NCBI RefSeq assembly: GCF_001306055.1
Contig: NZ_LGHJ01000011.1
Span: 240,001-272,000, forward strand
Length of the DNA stretch: 32,000 nucleotides
Direction of reading: 5' to 3'
Source of the DNA: Bellilinea caldifistulae
GTDB lineage: Bacteria; Chloroflexota; Anaerolineae; Anaerolineales; Anaerolineaceae
Positions 17,966-26,071 of this stretch are shown here, one piece after another. The notes below the pieces were generated by a model. That model was not told where the DNA came from. It worked only from the letters and a program-made list of their open reading frames with translations, and did not search any database. The position numbers and the translations under genes are program-made. Numbering within the stretch: position 1 is the stretch's first letter; the number at the start of each line of letters is the position of its first letter.

Positions 17966-20529
17966 TCCCGCTTCGACTGCAAATACGCGGCTTTCTTTCG
18001 TACCGCCAGCCAGTAGAAATTGATTTCAGCGACCTGCGTCTGGCCTCGATCACCGGTCATAACGGGGCTGGAAAATCCACTTTGCTGGATGCCATTACCT
18101 GGGCTTTGTTTGGCGAAGCCCGTCGCCGTGATGATGCGGTCATCAACAATCAGGAAAATGCCGCCGAAATTATGTACGAGTTTTTGTACGAAAACAATCG
18201 TTACCGCGTCCAACGCAGCAAAGCTCGCGAAAAAACCGCCATCCTGGAGTTTTACACCCTCAACGACGAGGGTCTCTGGAAGCCGCTGACCGAACACTCG
18301 TTGACCGAAACCGAAAAACGCATCCGCTCGGTGCTGCGAATGGACTACCAGACCTTCATTAATGCCTCGTTTTTTCTGCAAGGAAAAGCCGATCAATTCG
18401 CCCAACAGAACGCGGCAAGCCGCAAACGCATCCTGTCCAACATACTTGGATTGGAAGTCTGGGAAGCCTACCGCGAAGCCGCCCGCAGCCGCCTGCGGGA
18501 GGCGGAATACCTGCTGGACAGCATCCAATCGCAGATTCAGGAGCAGGAAGCCGAAGTGGCCGAGGAAGGTGAGCGGCGCAATAAACTGGAGGAACTGAAA
18601 AAAGAACTGAAACGGCTATCCGTCCTGCGGCAGGCCCACGAACAGCGCCTCGATCACCTCAACCGGCTGGCAGCGGCGCTGAAGGAACAGCGCCGCATGG
18701 TGGAACTGCTTGCGGCTCAATTGAGCAGTGTGGAGCAGAAAACGGCCGCCAGCCAGCGGCGGCTGGAGGAGCGCCGCAACGAAGCCGAACAGCTGCAGCA
18801 CATTCTGGATGAAGCCGAGAACATCGAAGCCGCTTACGCGGGCTGGCAGTCCAGCCGCAGGGAGCTGGAACGCTGGGATGCACTGGCCGAGCAGTTTCAA
18901 CGATTACACCAGCAGCGCGCCGAACCGCAGACGGTGCTGGAAAGGGAACAGGCGCGTCTGGAGGAGGAATTACGCAGTCTTCAACAGCAGGCTCAGCAGG
19001 TAGCCCGCCAGCAGGCTCAACTGGCCGAACTGAACGAGAAGCGGAAGGAACTGCTTGACCAGCAGCAGGAACTGAGCCAGCGCATTCAACAGCGGGAGGC
19101 GCTTAGCAACGCCCTGCTGGAATTGAAAGACCGGATTACCCGCCAGCGCACGGAGATGACTCACCGGCAGGAGCAGATTGAAGCCGTGCAGGAACGGCTG
19201 GAGCGATTGCACACGGATGAAGAAAGCGGCACCTGCCCGTTGTGCGGCCAGCCGCTCGGCCGCGCCGAGCGCGAGGCGCTGGTTACCAGACTGGAAGCGG
19301 AAATCGCATCCGGCCGCCAGGCTGTTCAGCTGTTGCAGCAGGAGATTCAGCAAGCCCGCCGCGATCAACAGCGGCTGGAAGAGCAGTTAATCGAAACTCA
19401 GTCGGCCGATCAGGCGCTGCAAGCCAACCAGCGGCAGGTGAGCGCGCTGGAAGCACGCATCCAGCAAATCGAGGAGCAGCAAGCCCAGTGGCAGAAGCAG
19501 TACGCCCCCCGTTTGCAACAGGTCGAGCAGATACTGACCGCCGGTCAGTACGCGCTGGAGGCGCGTCAAAAACTCGCCGAAATTGACGCTGCCCTGGAAA
19601 GGCTGGGCTACGACCCGCAGGCGCACGCGGCGGCGCGGCTTGCCGAGCAGCAGGCCCGCCCGGCTGAGCAGGCTTTACGCCAGTTAGAGGCGGCGCGCGC
19701 CCAATTGAAGCCGCTGCTCAACGAAATTCACCAGCTGGAAAGTAGTCTTGAAGAAGATCAACGGCATCTCGAACAATTGCGCAGAGATTACCACGAAGCG
19801 GCCCAAAAGTACGAAACCGAATCGGCCAACCTGCCCGATCTGGCGGAAATGGAGCGGGAGTTATTTGACCTGAAAGAAGAAGAAAACCGGCTGCGCACGC
19901 AAATCGGCGCTGCCGAGCAGAAAGTCAATGTACTCTTCGCCATCCGCGAACGGCTGAAGGAGAATCACGTCAGACGGGAGGAATGCGCCCGCCGGATTGC
20001 CCGCCTGAAGATACTCGACCGGGCTTTTGGCAAGGACGGCGTGCCGGCTTTGCTGATCGAACAAGCCCTGCCTGAAATTGAGTCGCGCGCCAATCAAATC
20101 CTCAGTCAGCTTTCCAACGGTGGAATGAACATCCGCTTTGAAACGCAAGCCGAATACAAAGACAAAAAACGGAAGGATATGAAGGAGACACTGGAGATTA
20201 TCATCAGTGATTCGGCCGGCATCCGCCCGTATGAGATGTATTCCGGCGGCGAGGCCTTCCGGGTGAATTTTGCCATTCGGCTGGCGCTTTCGCATGTGCT
20301 GGCCAATCGCGCCGGCGCCCGCCTGCAAACCCTGTTCATTGATGAGGGCTTTGGCAGTCAGGATGCCGAAGGCCGCCAGCGGCTGATTGAGGCGATCAAC
20401 GCCGTCAAAGATGAATTTGCCTGCATTCTGGTCATCACCCATCTGGATGAATTGAAGGATGCTTTTCCGGCGCGGATTGAGGTGGAAAAGAACAACCACG
20501 GTTCGACCGTGCGGGTGTTGACCTTATGA
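17962..20529 (+). CDS. sbcC: exonuclease SbcCD, ATPase subunit C (Rad50-like SMC)
   Basis: Walker A GHNGAGKST, long Q/E/R/L-rich coiled coil, zinc hook CPLCGQ in mid-protein, signature YSGGEAFRVNFAIRLAL, Walker B LFIDEGFGSQD. 855 aa. Confidence 0.9.
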   Translation: MIPLRLQIRGFLSYRQPVEIDFSDLRLASITGHNGAGKSTLLDAITWALFGEARRRDDAVINNQENAAEIMYEFLYENNRYRVQRSKAREKTAILEFYTLNDEGLWKPLTEHSLTETEKRIRSVLRMDYQTFINASFFLQGKADQFAQQNAASRKRILSNILGLEVWEAYREAARSRLREAEYLLDSIQSQIQEQEAEVAEEGERRNKLEELKKELKRLSVLRQAHEQRLDHLNRLAAALKEQRRMVELLAAQLSSVEQKTAASQRRLEERRNEAEQLQHILDEAENIEAAYAGWQSSRRELERWDALAEQFQRLHQQRAEPQTVLEREQARLEEELRSLQQQAQQVARQQAQLAELNEKRKELLDQQQELSQRIQQREALSNALLELKDRITRQRTEMTHRQEQIEAVQERLERLHTDEESGTCPLCGQPLGRAEREALVTRLEAEIASGRQAVQLLQQEIQQARRDQQRLEEQLIETQSADQALQANQRQVSALEARIQQIEEQQAQWQKQYAPRLQQVEQILTAGQYALEARQKLAEIDAALERLGYDPQAHAAARLAEQQARPAEQALRQLEAARAQLKPLLNEIHQLESSLEEDQRHLEQLRRDYHEAAQKYETESANLPDLAEMERELFDLKEEENRLRTQIGAAEQKVNVLFAIRERLKENHVRREECARRIARLKILDRAFGKDGVPALLIEQALPEIESRANQILSQLSNGGMNIRFETQAEYKDKKRKDMKETLEIIISDSAGIRPYEMYSGGEAFRVNFAIRLALSHVLANRAGARLQTLFIDEGFGSQDAEGRQRLIEAINAVKDEFACILVITHLDELKDAFPARIEVEKNNHGSTVRVLTL

Positions 20530-21674
20530 GCCAAATTCCGCTTCGTTTGGGCCTGCAGCAGCGAATTTTGCCCAATTACCGCGCTCCCTTCTTTGAAGCA
20601 CTGGGGCAGGCCTGCCCGCGCGGGTTGGGGATACTTGCCGGTTTACCGCGTCCCGACGAAGCGGTTGAGTCACAGCCTGCCCTGCGGCACGCCAACCTGA
20701 CTCAGGCGCGCAACCTGCACCTGTTCGGCGGGCGTTTTTACCTGTGTTGGCAGGCCGGCGGGCACGCCTGGCTGGAACGCTGGCAGCCGGAAGCCCTGAT
20801 TGTGGAGGCCAACCCGCGTTATCTCAGTACTCCGGCGCTCATCCGCTGGATGCGCGCCCACCATCGCCCCGTGATTGGCTGGGGGCTGGGCGCTCCACTG
20901 GCTGAAAGCGGGCGTTGCTCATGGGAAAAGACCCTCTGGGCACGATTTTTGGGGCGGTTCGATGCGCTGATCGCCTATTCCCAGCGCGGCGCGCAGCAGT
21001 ACGCCCGGCTGGGATTTCCCCCGCAACGGATTGTGGTCGCCCCGAACGCGGTTGCGCCACGCCCGGTTCAGCCGCCGCCCCAACGCCCGCCCCGGTTTGA
21101 ATCCGGCCGGCCGCGCCTGCTGTATGTGGGGCGGCTGCAGGCCCGCAAACGGGTAGATTTGCTGCTGCGTGCCTGTGCTGACCTGCCGCAGGAGATCCAG
21201 CCGGAAGTGTGGATTGTGGGTGACGGGCCGGTACGCCATCAGCTGGAAGAACTGGCACGCAGCATTTATCCGCATACCCGCTTTTGGGGCGCCCTCTACG
21301 GCGATCAACTGGAGCCGGTCTTTCGGCAGGCCGATTTGTTTGTGCTGCCCGGCAGTGGCGGGCTGGCTATCCAGCAGGCAATGGCCTTTGCCCTGCCGGT
21401 AATGGTTGGCGAAGCCGACGGCACTCAGTCTGATCTGGTTACCGGGCAGAATGGCTGGCTGCTGCCGCCCGGCGATGGGTCGGCCCTGCGTGAGGCGCTG
21501 CGCGAGGCGCTGGGGGATGCTTCCCGTCTGCGAGAAATGGGGCTGGTTTCTTTTCAAATTGTGCGCGAGCGGGTTAACCTGGAAACGATGGTTGCCGCCT
21601 TCGCCCAGGCCGTCGAACTGGCGGCAGCCCATTGTGGTTACCCATCAAACCCAATCCATCCGGGCGGAGTGTGA
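20526..21674 (+). CDS. glycosyltransferase family 4-like (GT-B)
   Basis: C-terminal GT-B half: LLYVGRLQARKRVDLLL, then VLPGSGGLAIQQAMAFALPVMVGEADGTQSDLVTGQNGWL (EX7E-like). Its ATG overlaps the sbcC stop (ATGA). Confidence 0.8.
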   Translation: MSQIPLRLGLQQRILPNYRAPFFEALGQACPRGLGILAGLPRPDEAVESQPALRHANLTQARNLHLFGGRFYLCWQAGGHAWLERWQPEALIVEANPRYLSTPALIRWMRAHHRPVIGWGLGAPLAESGRCSWEKTLWARFLGRFDALIAYSQRGAQQYARLGFPPQRIVVAPNAVAPRPVQPPPQRPPRFESGRPRLLYVGRLQARKRVDLLLRACADLPQEIQPEVWIVGDGPVRHQLEELARSIYPHTRFWGALYGDQLEPVFRQADLFVLPGSGGLAIQQAMAFALPVMVGEADGTQSDLVTGQNGWLLPPGDGSALREALREALGDASRLREMGLVSFQIVRERVNLETMVAAFAQAVELAAAHCGYPSNPIHPGGV

Positions 21675-21677
21675 AGC

Positions 21678-22916
21678 ATGCACATCCTGCTGGTTGCCGA
21701 TGGCCGCAGTCCAATCACCCTGCGCTGGCTGGATAACCTGCGTGAACTGGGTTACACCTTCTCGCTGGTTTCCACCTTTCCGTGCCTGCCGCCGCCCGAT
21801 GCAGCCCACTTTGCGGTGGTGCCGGTGGCATTCAGCGGGCTGGCGGGCGGGCAATCTTCCCCTTCCCGGCGGGTTGACAGCCGTCAAGGTTCCCCTTCCG
21901 CTGCGCGGCGCTGGGTGACAGGTCTGCGCCGCGTGCTGCTGCCGCTGCGCTACCGGCTGGCCCCGCTCAGCCTGCCTGCCGCTGCGCGGCGCTTCCGTCA
22001 GGCGTTGCAGGATTTTGAGCCGGATCTGGTTCATGCGCTGCGCATTCCGTTTGAGGGCATCCTCGCGCTTGCCACACCCCAGGACTTGCCGCTGGCGGTT
22101 TCGATTTGGGGCAACGACCTGACGCTCCATGCACCGGCTACCGCCCGAATGACCTTGTGGACACGGGCGGTCTTGCAGCGAGCCGACGGCCTGCACGCCG
22201 ATGCCGCCCGTGACCTGCGTCTGGCGCTGGGGTGGGGTTTTCCAGCGGATCGTCCTGCCCTGCTCATCCCCACCAGCGGCGGCATTGACCTGCAACGGAT
22301 GCAACAAGCCTGCCAAGGGCTGCCCGCCGAACTGGAAGAACGCATTCCCCCCCATCAGGCAATGGTGATCAATCCGCGCGGAGTGCGTGCCTACACCTGC
22401 ACGGCTGCCTTCTTTCAGTCCATTCCGCTGATCTGGGAGCGCTTTCCGCAAACGGTCTTCGTCTGTCCGGGTATGCAAGGCGAGCGCGAAGCCGAAACCT
22501 GGAAACAACGGCTGCATCTTGATGAGCGGGTGGTGTTATTGCCATCCCTGCCGCAGGCGCAGTTATGGGGGTTGTTTGCCCGCAGCGCCGTTTCTGTCTC
22601 GGTGACCACCCACGACGGCACCCCCAATACGCTGCTGGAAGCCATGGCCTGCGGGAGCTTCCCGGTAGCAGGTGATTTGGAAAGCATCCGCGAATGGATC
22701 ACACCCGGGGTCAATGGACTGCTGGTGGAGGGGCAAAAGGCAGATTCGATTGCGGCGGCGGTGGTGCTGGCGCTTTCCAATCCACCTTTGCTTCGGCAGG
22801 CGGCCGAGATCAACGCTCAGCGGATTGCTGAACGCGCCGAAGCCGGTTTGATGCGCCCAAGGTTGGCAGCATTTTACGCTCAAGTAGCCGAACGGCGCCG
22901 GTCATTGGCAGGTTAA
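21678..22916 (+). CDS. glycosyltransferase family 4-like (GT-B)
   Basis: MHILLVADG N-terminus. C-terminal HDGTPNTLLEAMACGSFPVAGDLESIREWITPGVNGLLV (EX7E region). Lies 3 nt after the preceding stop. Confidence 0.83.
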   Translation: MHILLVADGRSPITLRWLDNLRELGYTFSLVSTFPCLPPPDAAHFAVVPVAFSGLAGGQSSPSRRVDSRQGSPSAARRWVTGLRRVLLPLRYRLAPLSLPAAARRFRQALQDFEPDLVHALRIPFEGILALATPQDLPLAVSIWGNDLTLHAPATARMTLWTRAVLQRADGLHADAARDLRLALGWGFPADRPALLIPTSGGIDLQRMQQACQGLPAELEERIPPHQAMVINPRGVRAYTCTAAFFQSIPLIWERFPQTVFVCPGMQGEREAETWKQRLHLDERVVLLPSLPQAQLWGLFARSAVSVSVTTHDGTPNTLLEAMACGSFPVAGDLESIREWITPGVNGLLVEGQKADSIAAAVVLALSNPPLLRQAAEINAQRIAERAEAGLMRPRLAAFYAQVAERRRSLAG

Positions 22917-22957
22917 ACCGGACTGGAACAGTGCTTGAAGAAGAAAGGTCGTCTGAT

Positions 22958-23605
22958 ATGGCTCTCCGTACTCCACCAACACCCGAAATTGAGGCGTATA
23001 TCACTGGCCTGTTTGCGCGGGAGGATGACATCCTGCGCCAGATTCGCGAGCAGAGCGCCGAACAGGGGCTGCCTCAGATTGCGGTCAGCCCCGAAGAGGG
23101 GGCGTTTTTGGCGCTGCTGGTGCGTTTGTGCAAAGCCCGGCGGATTCTGGAAATCGGCACGCTGGCTGGTTACAGCGCCATCTGGATGGCGCGAGCCCTA
23201 CCGGCGGATGGTTATCTGGTGACCATCGAGAAATCGTCTGTTCATGCCGAAGTCGCCCGGCGCAATTTTGCCCTGGCTGGCCTGGAAGGAAAAATCCGCT
23301 TACTGGTGGGGCAGGCCAGCCTGATGCTGAAAAAAGCAGCCGCTCTTGCGCCGTATCACCTGATCTTTATGGATGCGGATAAAGAGGGTTACCCGCAGTA
23401 CTACGAATGGGCCTTAAAGCACCTGCCATCCGGCGGGGTGATTGCTGCCCACAATGCCCTGTGGGGCGGAAGTGTGGCGGGTGAAGCCAGCAGCCCGATC
23501 ATCGAGGCGGTACGCAGTTTCAACCGGATGGTCGCGCAGGACGAGAGGGTGACCGCCCATCTTTATCCGGCCGGGGATGGCACCCTGATCGCCGTTAAAA
23601 AGTAA
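22958..23605 (+). CDS. class I SAM-dependent O-methyltransferase (caffeoyl-CoA OMT-like, Methyltransf_3)
   Basis: SAM motif ILEIGTLAGYSAIWMA and metal/acidic motif FMDADKEGY. ATG at 22958 preferred (GAAAGG 8 nt upstream); the track ORF starts at GTG 22931. Confidence 0.85.
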   Translation: MALRTPPTPEIEAYITGLFAREDDILRQIREQSAEQGLPQIAVSPEEGAFLALLVRLCKARRILEIGTLAGYSAIWMARALPADGYLVTIEKSSVHAEVARRNFALAGLEGKIRLLVGQASLMLKKAAALAPYHLIFMDADKEGYPQYYEWALKHLPSGGVIAAHNALWGGSVAGEASSPIIEAVRSFNRMVAQDERVTAHLYPAGDGTLIAVKK

Positions 23606-23618
23606 TCACGGCGGTTTT

Positions 23619-23656
23619 AATGCCCGGCAGGTTTTTCGTTCCTCTCCCGGCATTTT
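23619..23656 (+). terminator. weak hairpin/terminator candidate after the methyltransferase gene
   Basis: AATGCC(C)GG (23619-23627) pairs with CC(C)GGCATT (23646-23654) with one mismatch and an 18-nt loop, followed by a short T run. Weak. Confidence 0.3.
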
Positions 23657-23710
23657 GCGGGTAAAATTAAGTAAACATGAGGCGTTCGAGAGCAGGTCAA
23701 GGATGAAACG

Positions 23711-24352
23711 ATGAGCGAATCGGCACCCATTCGGGTGATGCTGGTGGACGATCACGCCGTGGTGCGCAGCGGTTTGAGCGCTTTTCTCATGGCGTTCGAC
23801 GATTTGGAACTGGTCGGGGAAGCCGAAAACGGTTTGCAAGCCGTGCAGCGCGCTGCAGCGTTCCAGCCGGATGTGATTTTGATGGATCTGGTCATGCCGG
23901 AGATGGACGGGGCTGCTGCCACCCGCCTGATTCGGGAGGCGCATCCCCACATTCAAGTCATTGCACTGACCAGTTTCCGCGAGGATGCCTTGGTACAGGC
24001 AGCTTTGCAGGCTGGCGCCATCAGCTATCTACTCAAGAATGTTTCGGCGGATGATCTGGCGCAAGCCATTCGCGCTGCCCATGCCGGGCGCAGCACGCTG
24101 GCGCCGGAGGCGGCTCAGGTTTTGATTCAGGCGGCCACCCGCCCGCCTGTACCCGCCTTTGAACTGACCGACCGCGAACGGGATGTGCTGATTTGGATGG
24201 TGCGCGGTTTGAGCAATAATGAGATTGCAGCCAAACTGGTGGTCAGCCCCTCAACGGTCAAGTTTCACGTCAGCAATATTCTTTCAAAACTGGGAGTTTC
24301 CAGCCGGACTGAGGCAGTTGCTTTTGCGCTTCAACAGCGGCTGGTTGAATAA
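23711..24352 (+). CDS. NarL/FixJ-family response regulator (REC + LuxR HTH)
   Basis: VMLVDDHAVV, phosphoacceptor context VILMDLVMPEMDG, and LuxR HTH LTDRERDVLIWMVRGLSNNEIAAKLVVSPSTVKFHVSNILSKLG. Confidence 0.93.
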   Translation: MSESAPIRVMLVDDHAVVRSGLSAFLMAFDDLELVGEAENGLQAVQRAAAFQPDVILMDLVMPEMDGAAATRLIREAHPHIQVIALTSFREDALVQAALQAGAISYLLKNVSADDLAQAIRAAHAGRSTLAPEAAQVLIQAATRPPVPAFELTDRERDVLIWMVRGLSNNEIAAKLVVSPSTVKFHVSNILSKLGVSSRTEAVAFALQQRLVE

Positions 24353-24475
24353 ATCAAGCGAGCGTTTGATCCTTCCTTCTAATCTGCGGGGAAAAAATGG
24401 ATTCCCTGAGCAGGCGCGTTTTTGTGTTTTGGGCTACAATGTTGCCGGAGGGCGTTGGTGGAAGCGTTGAACTGG

Positions 24476-25030
24476 ATGCCAAAAGATGCCATACTGGTCA
24501 CCTTTGCGAGTCGGTCGGGTTCCACAGCAGAGGTGGCTGAGGTAATTGCCTACGAGATTGGGCAGTATTGCGGACGGGTGGATGTGGCTCCCGTGCAGCG
24601 AGTGCGCGACCTGCGTCCGTACTGGGCGGTGATTTTGGGCAGCCCGGTGCGTCATGCGCGCTGGTTGCCGGAGGCAATTGCCTTTTTACGCGCCCAGCGC
24701 GCCACTCTCCGCCTGCGCCTGATGGGGGTCTTTCAACTGTGCGGCAGTCTGTGTCAGGATACGCCCCAGAATCGCGAAGCCGCCCGCCAGGCCTACGAAG
24801 AAATCCGTCGCACCTTTCCGGAATTCCGACCGCTGGAAGTGGGGCTGTTTGCCGGCCGGGTGTCTGAGGAGGCGCTGCTGCATGGCACTCACGGCGGGCA
24901 AAGCGCACTCAAACCCGGCGATTGGCGCGATTGGGAAGCCATCCGCGAGTGGGGACGTAAGATGGGAAAAATTTTATTCGGCATGTGTCAGCCCGCACCA
25001 CCGGCTCGCCTGCCGCCCGAAAAACTGTGA
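24476..25030 (+). CDS. flavodoxin-like domain protein (Flavodoxin_5/HemG-like)
   Basis: ILVTFASRSGSTAEVAEVIA is a flavodoxin-type phosphate-binding loop. Start placed at ATG 24476 (MPKDAILV...); the track begins at TTG 24422. Confidence 0.65.
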   Translation: MPKDAILVTFASRSGSTAEVAEVIAYEIGQYCGRVDVAPVQRVRDLRPYWAVILGSPVRHARWLPEAIAFLRAQRATLRLRLMGVFQLCGSLCQDTPQNREAARQAYEEIRRTFPEFRPLEVGLFAGRVSEEALLHGTHGGQSALKPGDWRDWEAIREWGRKMGKILFGMCQPAPPARLPPEKL

Positions 25031-25062
25031 TCCCGCTTGTATAAGCTTATCCGGCGCTGAGG

Positions 25063-25092
25063 TTGCGGTCTGCGGCAGTGACTACTTATAAT
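25063..25092 (+). promoter_or_regulatory. candidate promoter for the SDR gene
   Basis: TTGCGG (25063-25068), 18-nt spacer, TATAAT (25087-25092). AAGGAG SD further downstream before ATG 25133. Sequence match only. Confidence 0.3.
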
Positions 25093-25132
25093 CCCATCGT
25101 CAGGGAAATGTCTCAAATAAGGAGTAGTCAAA

Positions 25133-25999
25133 ATGACCTGGACGATTGATCGTAAAAAAGTGCTGATTACCGGCGCTACCGATGGCATCGGTAAAGTGAC
25201 CGCCTTAGAACTGGCTAAACAGGGAGCGCATGTCATCATTGTCGGGCGCAATCCGCAAAAAGCGGAACATACCGTTCACGAAATTCGCCAACAGAGCGGC
25301 AATCCCAAAGTAGATTTTCTGATTGGCGACCTTTCGGAGCAGGAACAGGTGCGGCGGGTGGCTGCCGAATACCGTCGCCGCTACGACCATTTGCATGTGC
25401 TGATCAATAATGCCGGGGCGTTTTTCGCCAAACGCGAATTGACCGGCGATGGCCTGGAAAAGACCTTTGCCCTCAACCATCTGGGGTATTTTTTGTTGAC
25501 CCACCTGCTTTTGGATTTGCTGATCAGGAGCGCGCCGGCGCGAATCATCAATGTCTCTTCGGCGGCTCACTTTGGTGGACGGATTAACTTTGAAGACCTG
25601 AATGGGGAAAAAGGGTATAACGGCTGGGGGGCATATTCCAACAGTAAACTGATGAATGTGCTGTTTACCTCCGAGCTCGCCCGCCGGCTGGAAGGCACAG
25701 GTGTCACCGCTAACTGCCTGCATCCCGGTTTTGTGGCCACCCAATTCGGTAAAAACAACGGCGGATTGATCGGCCTGGGATTGGGTCTTGTCCAACGTCT
25801 GAGCGCAATTTCTCCCGAGCAGGGGGCTGAAACGACCATTTACCTGGCCGTTTCTCCCGAAGTTGAAGGGGTTAGCGGCAGGTATTTTGATCGGAAAAAA
25901 GCGGTTGAGCCTTCCCGAATTGCCCAAGACGAGGAAATCGCCCGTCGTCTTTGGCAGGTCAGTCTGGAACTGACCGGTTTGAAGGAAACAACCCGTTAA
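25133..25999 (+). CDS. SDR-family oxidoreductase (retinol-dehydrogenase/WWOX-like classical SDR)
   Basis: Cofactor motif TGATDGIGK, NNAG, and catalytic YSNSK (YxxxK). 288 aa. Confidence 0.92.
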   Translation: MTWTIDRKKVLITGATDGIGKVTALELAKQGAHVIIVGRNPQKAEHTVHEIRQQSGNPKVDFLIGDLSEQEQVRRVAAEYRRRYDHLHVLINNAGAFFAKRELTGDGLEKTFALNHLGYFLLTHLLLDLLIRSAPARIINVSSAAHFGGRINFEDLNGEKGYNGWGAYSNSKLMNVLFTSELARRLEGTGVTANCLHPGFVATQFGKNNGGLIGLGLGLVQRLSAISPEQGAETTIYLAVSPEVEGVSGRYFDRKKAVEPSRIAQDEEIARRLWQVSLELTGLKETTR

Positions 26000-26023
26000 A
26001 AACCTCGAAATTTGCGAGCGGGT

Positions 26024-26066
26024 TATAATACTCCTGTTGCCGAAATTATCCAGCGACAGGAGTATT
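26024..26066 (+). promoter_or_regulatory. TATAAT box plus perfect 11-bp inverted repeat whose right arm contains the Shine-Dalgarno of the lipoprotein gene
   Basis: TATAAT at 26024-26029. Left arm AATACTCCTGT (26027-26037), right arm ACAGGAGTATT (26056-26066), 18-nt spacer. AGGAG (26058-26062) lies 9 nt before ATG 26072. Confidence 0.45.
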
Positions 26067-26071
26067 GATGT

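Noticed and set aside
18500-19900. Repetitive-looking CAG/GAG/CGC/CTG-rich nucleotide stretch that resembles a tandem repeat.
   Set aside because: It encodes the Q/E/R/L/A-rich antiparallel coiled coil of SbcC, flanking the CPLCGQ zinc hook. It has no fixed repeat unit at the DNA level.
24397-24540. 47-codon small ORF (MDSLSRRVFVFWATMLPEGV...) in and beyond the intergenic region upstream of the flavodoxin-like gene.
   Set aside because: It overlaps the flavodoxin-like CDS out of frame, has weak start context and no recognisable features. Probably a chance ORF.
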